Assembly (NCBI GenBank): GCA_963824495.1 | Contig: CAWGPQ010000014.1 | Location: forward strand, 1 to 64,000 | From: an uncultured bacterium | Lineage (GTDB): Bacteria; Babelota; Babeliae; Babelales; Babelaceae | DNA: 64,000 nt | Direction: 5' to 3' | Part shown: piece after piece, positions 50,633 through 60,347 of the stretch | Layout of the letters: every line of letters begins with the position of its first letter | Numbering within the stretch: the first letter of the stretch is position 1 | Notes under the pieces: generated by a model | What the model was told of the DNA's origin: nothing | The model's input: the letters and a program-made list of their open reading frames with translations, nothing else | Databases searched by the model: none | Program-made: the position numbers and the translations under genes

Positions 50633-52090
50633 TTAGAAATTATGATGAGGGTTAGGCAAGAATCCAACTATACGTGCTATAATTTCTTCAGGCATGCCAG
50701 GCAACACGCGTCTGCCTTGGTCTATTAATTGCTGAAAGAGTTTCTCATCGCGCAAGATTTCAGGTATAATTATTTCCCGTCTGAGCACATCCATAATAGC
50801 ATTCTTACTTGATCCCTGTATGAGATCGAGTGGTACCTCATTTCTATTATTTCTTATGGTATAGTTAGCGCCGGCGGTAAGCAGTGCCTGAGCTATACCT
50901 GCATGGTTACGCTGTATTCCTATGTGTAACCATGTATTTCCACTGTTCTGTATTGCTAGATGTAGCGGTGTATTCCCATCATTATTTCTTATGTTAACAT
51001 CGGCACTACTATCATTAAGCAAGCTTATAACATCGTCTATTTTATTACAAAGGACGGCATTATGAAGCGGAGTATTGCCATGGTTATCACGAGCCATAAC
51101 ATAGCTTGCAATGTGAGTTGTAACTTCGGGAGGAAGATTACCAAGACGGCCTTCATGACGTCCATCTCGTGTTAGGTTCCAAAGGATAGTTTTGACCACA
51201 TTGTGTTCAAGGAACTGGGCACAAGTACGAGCTTTCTGCCGACCACGTAACTTGCTTTTACTATTAGCTATACCCCACGCTGTATAACCATCATGATTAT
51301 TTATATCTAAATGGGCACCTGCAGCAAGTAATAGCTTAACTACTGCAATATTACCATAGCATGCAGCATAGTGCAGAGCAGTATTACCCTTATTATCCTT
51401 ATGATTAATATGAGCACCATGCTCTAAAAGAAGCCTAACTAAATCTATTCGTCCAACTTTAGCTGCTTCTATCAAACTAGTAGTCGTGAACACGTTATTG
51501 TCTTGATTAACGTTAACGCTATGCTCTTCCATAAGTATTTTAGCTATATCTGTACGCCCATAGCGAGCCGCCAACATGAGAATAGTCCCGCCACAATTAT
51601 TGGTGTGATTAACATCAGCCCCATGCTCTATAAGCAGTCTAATTGTATCAGTAGTGCAATATGGAACTGCTTCCATAAGGGCACCACGATGAATATTAGC
51701 ATCATGTTCTATAAGCAATCTAACGATCTTTCCATACCCATTCCAAGCTGCATCTTGTAGAGCAGTCATACAACAATACCTATCAGCATGATTAACGTCA
51801 GCACCATGCTTTATGAGTATTCTGGCTATCTTTCGATGTCCTTTCGCACATGCATTCATAAGAGCAGTTTTGCCAGTATTATCGGTATAATTAACATCAG
51901 CACCTTGAGCAAGTGCTTCTTCTACAGCTTGCGCATTTCCCGTTTCTGCTGCCTTTAACAATTGCTTATTGGGCTGCTCATTAGGCTGAAGCTGATCTTG
52001 TTCTTCATTGAGAAAATGCATGCTTACAAGTTGATTTGAACTAAACAGAAAGATTATAGAGCTTACTAATATTAAAGTACGCTTGTTCAT
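50633..52090 (-). CDS. exported ankyrin-repeat protein with two F-box-like motifs
   Basis: Leader, ANK repeats, LGNLPPEVTTHIASYV and terminal LPGMPEEIIARIVGFL. Confidence 0.85.
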   Translation of the reverse strand: MNKRTLILVSSIIFLFSSNQLVSMHFLNEEQDQLQPNEQPNKQLLKAAETGNAQAVEEALAQGADVNYTDNTGKTALMNACAKGHRKIARILIKHGADVNHADRYCCMTALQDAAWNGYGKIVRLLIEHDANIHRGALMEAVPYCTTDTIRLLIEHGADVNHTNNCGGTILMLAARYGRTDIAKILMEEHSVNVNQDNNVFTTTSLIEAAKVGRIDLVRLLLEHGAHINHKDNKGNTALHYAACYGNIAVVKLLLAAGAHLDINNHDGYTAWGIANSKSKLRGRQKARTCAQFLEHNVVKTILWNLTRDGRHEGRLGNLPPEVTTHIASYVMARDNHGNTPLHNAVLCNKIDDVISLLNDSSADVNIRNNDGNTPLHLAIQNSGNTWLHIGIQRNHAGIAQALLTAGANYTIRNNRNEVPLDLIQGSSKNAIMDVLRREIIIPEILRDEKLFQQLIDQGRRVLPGMPEEIIARIVGFLPNPHHNF

Positions 52091-52113
52091 GGTTTGCCTT
52101 TGTTTAAGCTATA

Positions 52114-52176
52114 TTTTTATTTAAAATGACAAATTTTAATTGTTTTATTATAGCTTACAGTATATTGTTCGGTCAA
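52114..52176 (-). promoter_or_regulatory. sigma70 promoter plus conserved 5'UTR box
   Basis: TTGACC-18-TATAAT, then GTCATTTTAAATAAAAA. Confidence 0.7.
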
Positions 52177-52244
52177 GCCTCTAAAGCACTTGAAATTCGC
52201 ATTGCTAACGATTGAAGAATATAAAAAAAGCGGAACTTTTCTAT

Positions 52245-52925
52245 TTATCTTGACCATGACTTATGCGCTTTGCGCTTATGCTTTGTAGTGTTTGCGGCAG
52301 AAAGCTGCTTGTATATTTTTGCGTGCCCAAGCTCGCCTGCAATTTGCATTATAGTTTTTCCATTAACACCAATAAGGTTAGTATCGGCACCAAGTTTTAA
52401 GAGCACCTTCACAGCTTTATCGTTATTTTTAAGTACAGCCAGATGAAGAGGTGTTCTCCCTTCGTTGTCGGCTATTTCTTTGTTTGCGTTGTAATGTTTA
52501 ATAAGAAGTTTAATAGTACCAGCATAATCTTTGTCTACGGCTAGTGCTAATGGGGTTGAGCCATCGCAAGCTCGAGCATTAACATTAGCGTTATGTTCAA
52601 GGCAAAGTTTTGTTGCTTCTTTGTTCCCTCGCTTAATAGCCCAATGTAATGGAGTTTGTCCGGCAGCGATAATGGTATTAATATCGGCACCACGCTTGAG
52701 TAAAGTTTCTACACTTTCCCAATCATCATTTTCGACGCTATGGCACAGCTGGGCACTTAAGTTTCGTTGATCAGGTTGTGGCTTTGGTGGTTGCTCTATT
52801 ATAGTCCAGCTATCATCGTTATCTAAATCTTCTGGTTCCTGAATGTCTTGCATACCATTTGCATTGTAATAAGTACCAAGCATGCTTAAGCTCATGATTG
52901 TTAATGTTCTCAGTTTTTTTGACAT
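52245..52925 (-). CDS. exported ankyrin-repeat protein with basic C-terminal tail
   Basis: GQTPLHWA, GSTPLALA, GRTPLHLA; tail KHKRKAHKSWSR. Confidence 0.85.
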   Translation of the reverse strand: MSKKLRTLTIMSLSMLGTYYNANGMQDIQEPEDLDNDDSWTIIEQPPKPQPDQRNLSAQLCHSVENDDWESVETLLKRGADINTIIAAGQTPLHWAIKRGNKEATKLCLEHNANVNARACDGSTPLALAVDKDYAGTIKLLIKHYNANKEIADNEGRTPLHLAVLKNNDKAVKVLLKLGADTNLIGVNGKTIMQIAGELGHAKIYKQLSAANTTKHKRKAHKSWSR

Positions 52926-53004
52926 GAAATACTCTTTTTGTGTAGGTGAATTACGTGAAAGATTGGTTGAGCATCTCTAGCTTACGAAAAATATGTACGT
53001 CTGA

Positions 53005-53856
53005 CTAGCTTTGTTTGCGTATAGTTGCTTCAATACATGGAGCTATACTGAGTACCTGTATACGAGCATGAGTACTTTCTTGAGGAAGTGTATCAGTCAC
53101 GTATATGGTTTGTAAGGGACTAGCTTCAAGTGCTGCGTAAGAGCCTGGAGAAAAAACGCCATGTATAGCACAGGCGTCGATGCTTTGTGCTCCGTATGTT
53201 GTTAGGAGCTTACTTGCATTAATAACGGTTTTTCCCGTTGAAATAAGGTTGTCAACAATGAGCACTTTTTTATGGTTGATTTCATCTTGAGCATCGAGTA
53301 TGGTAACCTGCTCGTGTTCTGGTCGTATTTTAGTTAAAGATATAGAACTTTTAGCACATTGTGTGCTCATGGCAGTTACCAAATCATAGGCACCTTTGTC
53401 GGGAGCTGCCACGGCATCGTAAGGTCTTGCTATAGTACAGAGTAAATCCAGGGGAACAATAGTAGTAAAATTTAATAGGGTATGCAAAGATTCATTGTGA
53501 GGGTGAATTATAAAAATCTTGTTAAGTTTAAAAGTTTTTAAGAAATTACAGATTACTTCCGAGCTTAAGGCCTCCCCAGGTTCTGCTCTGTCTTGACGTG
53601 CATAGCCAAAATAGGTAATAAAAAGGTTAATTATGGCATGCTCACGCTGTAAAGCATCAATGAGAAAAAACAGCTCAAGGAGACTATCAGCCGGTGGACA
53701 TGTAGCAGCAACAATCCAGACAATCTTGCCTCTTACGTCTTCTTCGACTTTAATATATAACTCACCATCGCTAAACTTTTTGATAAGATAATTACCCTGT
53801 TTAAGAGCTATACTTGATGCCAGATGGCGTATCTGAGTCGTATAGAATACGATCAT
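53005..53856 (-). CDS. prs: ribose-phosphate pyrophosphokinase-like protein (divergent)
   Basis: FSDGE, YFGYARQDR, APDKGA, VDNLISTGKT, HGVFS, TDT. Confidence 0.8.
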   Translation of the reverse strand: MIVFYTTQIRHLASSIALKQGNYLIKKFSDGELYIKVEEDVRGKIVWIVAATCPPADSLLELFFLIDALQREHAIINLFITYFGYARQDRAEPGEALSSEVICNFLKTFKLNKIFIIHPHNESLHTLLNFTTIVPLDLLCTIARPYDAVAAPDKGAYDLVTAMSTQCAKSSISLTKIRPEHEQVTILDAQDEINHKKVLIVDNLISTGKTVINASKLLTTYGAQSIDACAIHGVFSPGSYAALEASPLQTIYVTDTLPQESTHARIQVLSIAPCIEATIRKQS

Positions 53857-54518
53857 GTCTGGTCACCTTCATAATCTTTATAGCTTTCACGTAAAAGTTT
53901 AATAGCTTCGGCGTCATCAACTTGATCAAATTCTTGATAAAACTGGCTGACGGCAAAAAAGTGCTCGGGCACAATAACAGTAGCAACTTCGTCGACCTTA
54001 TTCTCAAGATGCGATAGCGCATCACGTGGTATGACAGGTATAGCTACGATAATTTTTTGTGGTTTGCTTGTTTTAACAAGATCTATAGTAAGTTCTAGTG
54101 TTTTGCCTGTTGCTATCCCGTCATCGGTAATAATAACGATTTTGTTGGTTATATCTAAGGGAGGACGATCCCCTCTATATTTTTTGGAGCGTTCTTCTAA
54201 AACATGCTTTAACTGTTTAATTTCGCGTTGTATATGTGCTGTAATATCGGGCGATAATCGAGCAACTCGTTCATCAATAAGCACACTATCAACGCTCATG
54301 GCACCGATAGCATATTCAGGATTTCCTGGAAACCCTATTTTTTTTGTAAAAATAACATCGAGTGGAGCGTGAAGTTCATGTGACAAAACGTAGCCAAGCT
54401 CAACACCACCGCGTGGTATAGCGAGAATAATCACATGGGGGTTATCTTTGTAGGCTTTTAGTTTTTCTGCTAGCCTATAAGCAGCATCAAACCTATCTGT
54501 AAATATATCATTTTGCAT
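53853..54518 (-). CDS. phosphoribosyltransferase family protein
   Basis: FTDRFDA, IPRGG, PGNPEYAIGA, DDGIATG, AVSQFYQEFDQV. Confidence 0.9.
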   Translation of the reverse strand: MQNDIFTDRFDAAYRLAEKLKAYKDNPHVIILAIPRGGVELGYVLSHELHAPLDVIFTKKIGFPGNPEYAIGAMSVDSVLIDERVARLSPDITAHIQREIKQLKHVLEERSKKYRGDRPPLDITNKIVIITDDGIATGKTLELTIDLVKTSKPQKIIVAIPVIPRDALSHLENKVDEVATVIVPEHFFAVSQFYQEFDQVDDAEAIKLLRESYKDYEGDQT

Positions 54519-54523
54519 CAGAT

Positions 54524-55876
54524 CTATACTCCTGAAGGAAACGTTTCCGGTACTTCCCCGCGCTCCCATATACTTGTGCGCTCGAGTGGTTTTACAGCAT
54601 GTGTTGTATCAATATGAAATACTGCGTCAAATTGGTCAGGCAAGCGAGCATAAAAATAATGGCTTAACCGTTCAGTCTCCGGGCGATAGATAACACCAAT
54701 AGCTCGCTCTAAGCGCTCTTTATTGAGAAGTTCTACCGTTATTTTTTCATTATCTCTGAGCAGTATGAGAAAGTTCGGAATTTTCGTATCATGAAATACT
54801 TCTTCGTAACTACCCTTAAGCGCTGGTCGTACGTGCTTACGTTCAACAATATCCCCCCAATCAGATGCTGCAGATACTGTGCCAGTATAGGTTGTAAAAC
54901 CGACTAACACTGCTTGACTGCCATAGTGTTGGCGAACGAGCTGGCCAAGATTAAGTTCGCCTCTATGAGCCATCTCTGTTGCTTGAGCGTTGCCCAAATG
55001 GGAATTGTGAGCCCAGACGACAATCTTTGCCGCATTTCCTGTACGTTCAAGATGAGCTACGAGTTCAACGAGTGTTTCCATCATATGACGATCACGTACA
55101 TTCCAAGAAATAGTGTCATGAGTAAACAATGAACGATAATAGTGTTCAGCGTTGCTGACTACACGAGCATTTTGCTCAGCATAAAAGAGTTCATCTTGTT
55201 CTACTAAACCCTCACGTTGTAGCACATCAAATGAACGCAGTCTTAATTCTTTAAGCTGCTTAATAGCTTCTTTTTCACACGATAGTGCTGGACTATAATG
55301 GGCAGCATAGCCGTATCCTTGTGCATCTTGCCAAAAGTGATCGAAGCACGAATAGCGATAGCGTGCCCGCTCGGCTGCTTGCTTATCAACTTTCTCAAGA
55401 TAGATGAGTACTTCTTCAATCGAAGTATACAGGCTATAGAGATCCAGCCCATAAAATCCAACTTTAGGGTTGGTAATCGGCAAGCTTCTATTATATTCAC
55501 CGAGCCAGGTTATGAAATCAAGAACATCAGTATTGCGCCACATCCAAGCAGGAAAACGCTTAAAGCCTGCTAAAGCTTCATTAGCTGTTATGAGTGGGTC
55601 ATTCTGGTGTACATAACGATTAACTTGATAGGCATCTGGCCAATCTGCTTCGACTGCAACCGCATTAAAGCCTTTTTCGGTAATAAGTCGCTGAGTAATT
55701 TCAGCACGTTTCTTATAAAACTCATGGGTTCCGTGGGATGCTTCTCCCAGTAGTACAAAACGAGCATCACCTACTCGTTCTAATAACGCGTCATAATCTT
55801 CTAAGCTTCCCTTAAGGGGATGAGCAATCGCGCGTAGTGCTTGTGTCAAGACTTGCTCTTGAGATATTTTTGGCAT
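54524..55876 (-). CDS. erythromycin esterase family protein
   Basis: LGEASHGTHEFY, EADWPDA, FPAWMW, WAHNSH, RAIGVIY. Confidence 0.92.
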   Translation of the reverse strand: MPKISQEQVLTQALRAIAHPLKGSLEDYDALLERVGDARFVLLGEASHGTHEFYKKRAEITQRLITEKGFNAVAVEADWPDAYQVNRYVHQNDPLITANEALAGFKRFPAWMWRNTDVLDFITWLGEYNRSLPITNPKVGFYGLDLYSLYTSIEEVLIYLEKVDKQAAERARYRYSCFDHFWQDAQGYGYAAHYSPALSCEKEAIKQLKELRLRSFDVLQREGLVEQDELFYAEQNARVVSNAEHYYRSLFTHDTISWNVRDRHMMETLVELVAHLERTGNAAKIVVWAHNSHLGNAQATEMAHRGELNLGQLVRQHYGSQAVLVGFTTYTGTVSAASDWGDIVERKHVRPALKGSYEEVFHDTKIPNFLILLRDNEKITVELLNKERLERAIGVIYRPETERLSHYFYARLPDQFDAVFHIDTTHAVKPLERTSIWERGEVPETFPSGV

Positions 55877-55958
55877 AGCGCCTATCCCTTATTGAGAAAT
55901 TAAGATCGCCCTTCGCTGATCTTTAGTTAAGCAAGAGTTAGCACAAAAGTGCAAGAGA

Positions 55959-56981
55959 TTAGGGAAGGCCAAGAGCCAAAACAAACTGGGCAATTTTTTT
56001 CGCAACATCGAATGGAAGAGGCTCAACTGCACCTTTGGGCTGCCATGCAAAGCCGCCGCTAGAGCCTAATTTTGATATACTACTAAACACAGTACGACTT
56101 GCTTGTCCTTCTGAAAAAAGTTCTACAATATCAGCCCGATGGTATTTTTGGGCAAGAGATACAGGTGAATCACCATGCTGGTTAACGAGATGAGCTAGAG
56201 CTCTCTGCGCAAGCAAAATTTTAACTGCGTTTAGCTTACCATTACGAGCTGCTAAGTGTAACGGTGTATTGCCATCTTCATCTTGAGCACCTACTTCTGC
56301 TTGATGTTCTAAAAGTAGCATAAGAGCGTCACTCTGTCCTTGCGCTGCAGCCCAATGGAGCGCAGTCATATGCATCTCACCTTTCTCATTAATCTTAGCT
56401 TGTGATGTTTCTCGATGCTCCTTAGATAAAAGGTTTTTTAACCGTGCTTTGACACTTAGCTTTGGTTGTGTTAAGGTTCCTGTAAGAGCTTGCAGAGAAA
56501 GCTTGGGTAGTGTTTCTTTTAGACGGCTTTTTACGGCTTTAATCATCATCTTGTTGTGAATAGTTACGCCTTCCGGACGGGCTCCATGTGCTAAAAGCAT
56601 TAATAATATGGCCGTATAGTTGCGATTGACTGCCATTTGTAAGTGATCTTCTTGTTGGCATTGTGCTCCATGGCGCAAAAGTACTTTTACCGTTAAGCTG
56701 TTATTCCAGTAAATTGCTGCTAAAAGAGGTGTGCCTCCAGAGCCTTCCAAATTTTGAGAGATATAATTAACATCGAAAGTTGGATCTACCTTAAGCAGAG
56801 ATCTTATATCCTGTACCACATTATCACCCATTAATATATACTTATCAAATTCTATTCTCTTGTTTTGCAGGTCATCATCTCTTTGCATGCTTATGATGGG
56901 GTATATCGAAAAGAGAGTCAGGACGAGTGCTAGGCCAGAGAGAGTGTAGCTTGTTATATTCTTGATTTGCGTGCGTATCAT
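55959..56981 (-). CDS. exported ankyrin-repeat protein with F-box-like tail
   Basis: MTALHWAA, GNTPLHLAA; tail PLPFDVAKKIAQFV. Confidence 0.8.
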   Translation of the reverse strand: MIRTQIKNITSYTLSGLALVLTLFSIYPIISMQRDDDLQNKRIEFDKYILMGDNVVQDIRSLLKVDPTFDVNYISQNLEGSGGTPLLAAIYWNNSLTVKVLLRHGAQCQQEDHLQMAVNRNYTAILLMLLAHGARPEGVTIHNKMMIKAVKSRLKETLPKLSLQALTGTLTQPKLSVKARLKNLLSKEHRETSQAKINEKGEMHMTALHWAAAQGQSDALMLLLEHQAEVGAQDEDGNTPLHLAARNGKLNAVKILLAQRALAHLVNQHGDSPVSLAQKYHRADIVELFSEGQASRTVFSSISKLGSSGGFAWQPKGAVEPLPFDVAKKIAQFVLALGLP

Positions 56982-56990
56982 GTGAGTTTG

Positions 56991-57446
56991 TTAACCATAA
57001 GGATTGCTTTGCAAGCTTATTTGTAAGCTTAATTGAGTAATAGGCCTTTCAAAGCGATTTGCCAATATTCTCATAAGGATACAGTATTTGGTTATTTTGA
57101 CTGATAAATGGTCTGCTCCTGGCTCATGGTAGGTGTCAGAGGTTTGGCCACGGTCATGTATCATGTTGAGCAGATCATGGTTTTCCTCTTCTGTAACGAG
57201 ACCGAGCCTATAGGATTCTTTCAGTGCTTGATCAAACTCAAGAGTCTCGATACCGTGTGTATATTCGAGGAAATTTTTAAGAAATTGCCACCAAGCCTGA
57301 TAGCAGTGCTTAAACCGATGTATCTGAGAATCACGTAGTATAATGTACATTAAACGATCATTAGCTTTGGCTAACTGTACGGTAGGCTCTTCCAGTAGAG
57401 CAAGTGATGTAGTAAGAATCTTATACCGAAGTTGGAGTCTTTTCAT
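56991..57446 (-). CDS. HI0074/HepT-like nucleotidyltransferase substrate-binding (HEPN) protein, orphan
   Basis: RDSQIHRFKHCY..W..LK; MIHDRGQTSDTY. Confidence 0.75.
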   Translation of the reverse strand: MKRLQLRYKILTTSLALLEEPTVQLAKANDRLMYIILRDSQIHRFKHCYQAWWQFLKNFLEYTHGIETLEFDQALKESYRLGLVTEEENHDLLNMIHDRGQTSDTYHEPGADHLSVKITKYCILMRILANRFERPITQLSLQISLQSNPYG

Positions 57447-57570
57447 AGATCATTGTGCTTTCAGAAACCCCTCGCTTGAGTAAGGGGAGGAGAAAGCGTA
57501 AACCTGGTTAAAGCAATTTTAAAAAATATAACACTAATGTAATGTTTAGTCTAATAGCTCCTATAGGTGT

Positions 57571-58598
57571 TCAATCGTGCATGATGTCTTCTACATGCCT
57601 TCTGCGTCTTATGTTGGTATCAGTGGTGCTCATAGGACTGTAATCACCGAGAGCTACATTCTGATCAAGTCTATCAACAATATGCGTATGACCCATGCGT
57701 CTGGCAAGTCCCAAAGGAATATATCCCTCGTTGTTATGTATAAGTGTAGCCTGAGTATTATGAGCAAGTAACACTTGAACACAATAAGATCATTGCCATT
57801 ACGTGCAGCTAAGTGTAGGGCAGTATTACCCTCGTTATCCTGTATAGTTAGATTAGAGTTATACCCATTAACTAAATCTTCAACAAGTTCGTTATAATTC
57901 TGAGCAACTGCCCAGTGTAGTGCTGTCATTCCAAAGTTATCGCGATAATTAACGCTATTAGTCCTATTAGGTAAGAAGTAGCTCATGAGCTTGTCAAAGA
58001 TGACAGTACCGTTTTTATCAAGGAGCCGCATAGCACCTTCTTTGTCCCTTATGATGATTGCTAGAGCCAATGGTGAGACTTTGCTTTTCTTTAGTGCTTG
58101 TATACTTATGTTCCTTGCTTGAGCTGATGTGATAGGTGGTATAATGGCACCATAGCGTACAAGCACGTTAACTATATCAGTGTGTCTGTTTTGAGCTGCC
58201 CACATAAGAGCAGTATAGCCAGTACCGGTAGTATAATTAACATCAGTTCCATGCTCTAAAAGCAGTATTCGTATGTCCATATAGAGCTGCTAACCTAGCT
58301 GCAGTATTGCCATTATTATCAGCTTGATTGACAAGTGCACCATATATCTTGCCTCCCATTAGCAGCTGCCCATATAAGAGCAGTATAGCCATTTTCATCA
58401 GCACAATTAACGTCAGGACTTTGATCAAGCAAAGAGGTTACGGTATCTTTATCTCCTGCTTTTGCTGCGCCTAGCAATTGATTATTAATCAGTTGAAGTT
58501 GGTTGTGCTCTCGGTTGATGGGCTGCATGCTCATGAGCTGATTTGCATTAAGCAGAAAAAATTATAAAGCTTACTAATATTAAAATATACCTTTTCAA
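57571..58598 (-). pseudogene. frameshifted ankyrin gene, paralog of 58818-60179
   Basis: Shares SPLA.AII, VNYRDNFGMTALHW.VAQNY and LAARNGNDLI with its neighbour; several frameshifts. Confidence 0.8.
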
Positions 58599-58620
58599 AT
58601 TATGTCCTTTTTAAACGGCG

Positions 58621-58683
58621 TTTTTATTTAAAATGACGATTCTTGTAATTGTATATCGTGGTTTGCAGTCTGTGCTTTGTCAA
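58621..58683 (-). promoter_or_regulatory. degenerate promoter plus conserved 5'UTR box
   Basis: TTGACA-17-CACGAT, then GTCATTTTAAATAAAAA. Confidence 0.5.
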
Positions 58684-58817
58684 ACCATAGTAAGGTGTCC
58701 TAAGGGAAATATTGAACAGTGATGGTGGTCGCCAGTGCTAGAAAAAAACTCTTGAGATACTATGAAATAGGTTAGGCCTTCGCTTCGCTAATGTCATGAT
58801 TGTATTTAAGCAAGAAG

Positions 58818-60179
58818 CTAAGAGTTTGAATTGGAGTTTGATCTTAATTGAGCAGGTTGTCTGTGAGCTACAACGAAACCAGCAATGCGCGCAGCAATTT
58901 CAGCAGGAAGTATACCATTGGGTACAACGGGTAAAGGCTGTGCTGTTCCATTCGTATTGTTATCGGTATGGAGTACGCCTAATCGTCCTTGTTGGCCCTC
59001 AGTTGATAGTAAGCGGAGCAATGCTTGACCTGCTATAGGCTCAAGAAGATCTCTTATAGCACGATGGTGAGGATATCTTTGTGCGAGAGACCGAGGAGTT
59101 AACCCTTGACTATTACGAATGTTCATATGAGCGTTGGCTCGCAGTAACTGTCTAACGATAGCTGTGCGTCCAGCTCGAATAGCCAGGTGCAATGGTGTAT
59201 CACCATTGTTATTTTGAGCACTGATATCTGCACCACAAGCAAGTAATACTTGAAGAATAAGATCATTACCATTACGTGCAGCTAAGTTTAGGGGAGTATT
59301 GCCTTCGTCATCTTGTATAGTCAAATCGGGGTTATACTCAGCAAGCAAATCTTCAACGAGAGCACCATAATTTTGAGCAACTCCCCAGTGTAATGCTGTC
59401 ATGCCAAAGTTATCGCGATAATTAACTCTATGTGGTAAGAAGTAGCTCACAATTCTGCCAACTATAGTAGCGTTATTTTCATCAAGAAGCCTTATAACGG
59501 CGTCTCTATTTCTAGTAATAATTGCTCGAGCTAGCGGTGAGATTTTTGTCTCGTCTAATATTCTTATAGTCAGCTCTCTATCTATTGCCGGTGGTAGTGG
59601 AGCACCATAACGCAAAAGTAACGTAATTGTATGTGTCCTTCTGCCTATTGCTGCCTCTATAAGCGCAGTGCTACCAATGTTACTAATATAATTAACATCT
59701 GCACCATGCTCTACAAGCACTCTAGCTATCTCTGTAGAGCTATGACAAGATACGCATGTAAGAGCGGTAGCCCCCCGATTATCAGCATGATTAATGTCAG
59801 CCCCATGCTCTATAAGCACTCTAACTATTTCTCTTTGCCCGGGATGACCTCCATGGACTGCACCTATAAGAACAGTAGAGCCATTTTTATAAGTCTGATT
59901 AACGTGAGCACCACGATCAATAAGTACTCTAACGGTATCTACATGTCCATAGGCAGCTGCTTCCCTGAGAGCAGTAATGCCATCTTGAGTGGTATAATTA
60001 ACATCTGCTCCCTGATGGAGCAAAGAGGTTACGGCACCGTTACGTCCCCCTTTTGCTGCCTCTATGAGGCTCTCATTATGCTGAAGCTGATCTTGGTCAG
60101 AAAGTTGTATGCATATGAGCTGATGTAAGCTCAACAGGAACATAATAAAATTTGCTAAGGCTATAATATGCCTGCTCAC
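58818..60179 (-). CDS. exported ankyrin-repeat protein with F-box-like tail
   Basis: Leader, about 8 ANK repeats, ILPAEIAARIAGFV. Confidence 0.85.
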   Translation of the reverse strand: MSRHIIALANFIMFLLSLHQLICIQLSDQDQLQHNESLIEAAKGGRNGAVTSLLHQGADVNYTTQDGITALREAAAYGHVDTVRVLIDRGAHVNQTYKNGSTVLIGAVHGGHPGQREIVRVLIEHGADINHADNRGATALTCVSCHSSTEIARVLVEHGADVNYISNIGSTALIEAAIGRRTHTITLLLRYGAPLPPAIDRELTIRILDETKISPLARAIITRNRDAVIRLLDENNATIVGRIVSYFLPHRVNYRDNFGMTALHWGVAQNYGALVEDLLAEYNPDLTIQDDEGNTPLNLAARNGNDLILQVLLACGADISAQNNNGDTPLHLAIRAGRTAIVRQLLRANAHMNIRNSQGLTPRSLAQRYPHHRAIRDLLEPIAGQALLRLLSTEGQQGRLGVLHTDNNTNGTAQPLPVVPNGILPAEIAARIAGFVVAHRQPAQLRSNSNSNS

Positions 60180-60199
60180 AATGTATCTTTTGGGCGTAT

Positions 60200-60264
60200 T
60201 TTTTATTTAAAATGACAACCTTAATATAATTATATAATGTAACTTATAGCTCATGCTCTGTCAA
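60200..60264 (-). promoter_or_regulatory. sigma70 promoter plus conserved 5'UTR box
   Basis: TTGACA-17-TACATT, then GTCATTTTAAATAAAAA. Confidence 0.65.
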
Positions 60265-60347
60265 ATAGCTCAGTATAGGTTAATCACATACAGATAAGGT
60301 TTAGGCACAATGCCCGCATAAGCAACTTTAAATATCTTAAAATTAAG

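Noticed and set aside
29796..55876. APH, VanX-like, Ddl and erythromycin esterase genes as an antibiotic resistance island
   Set aside because: Scattered, broad families with no vanH/vanRS context; resistance cannot be inferred from motifs
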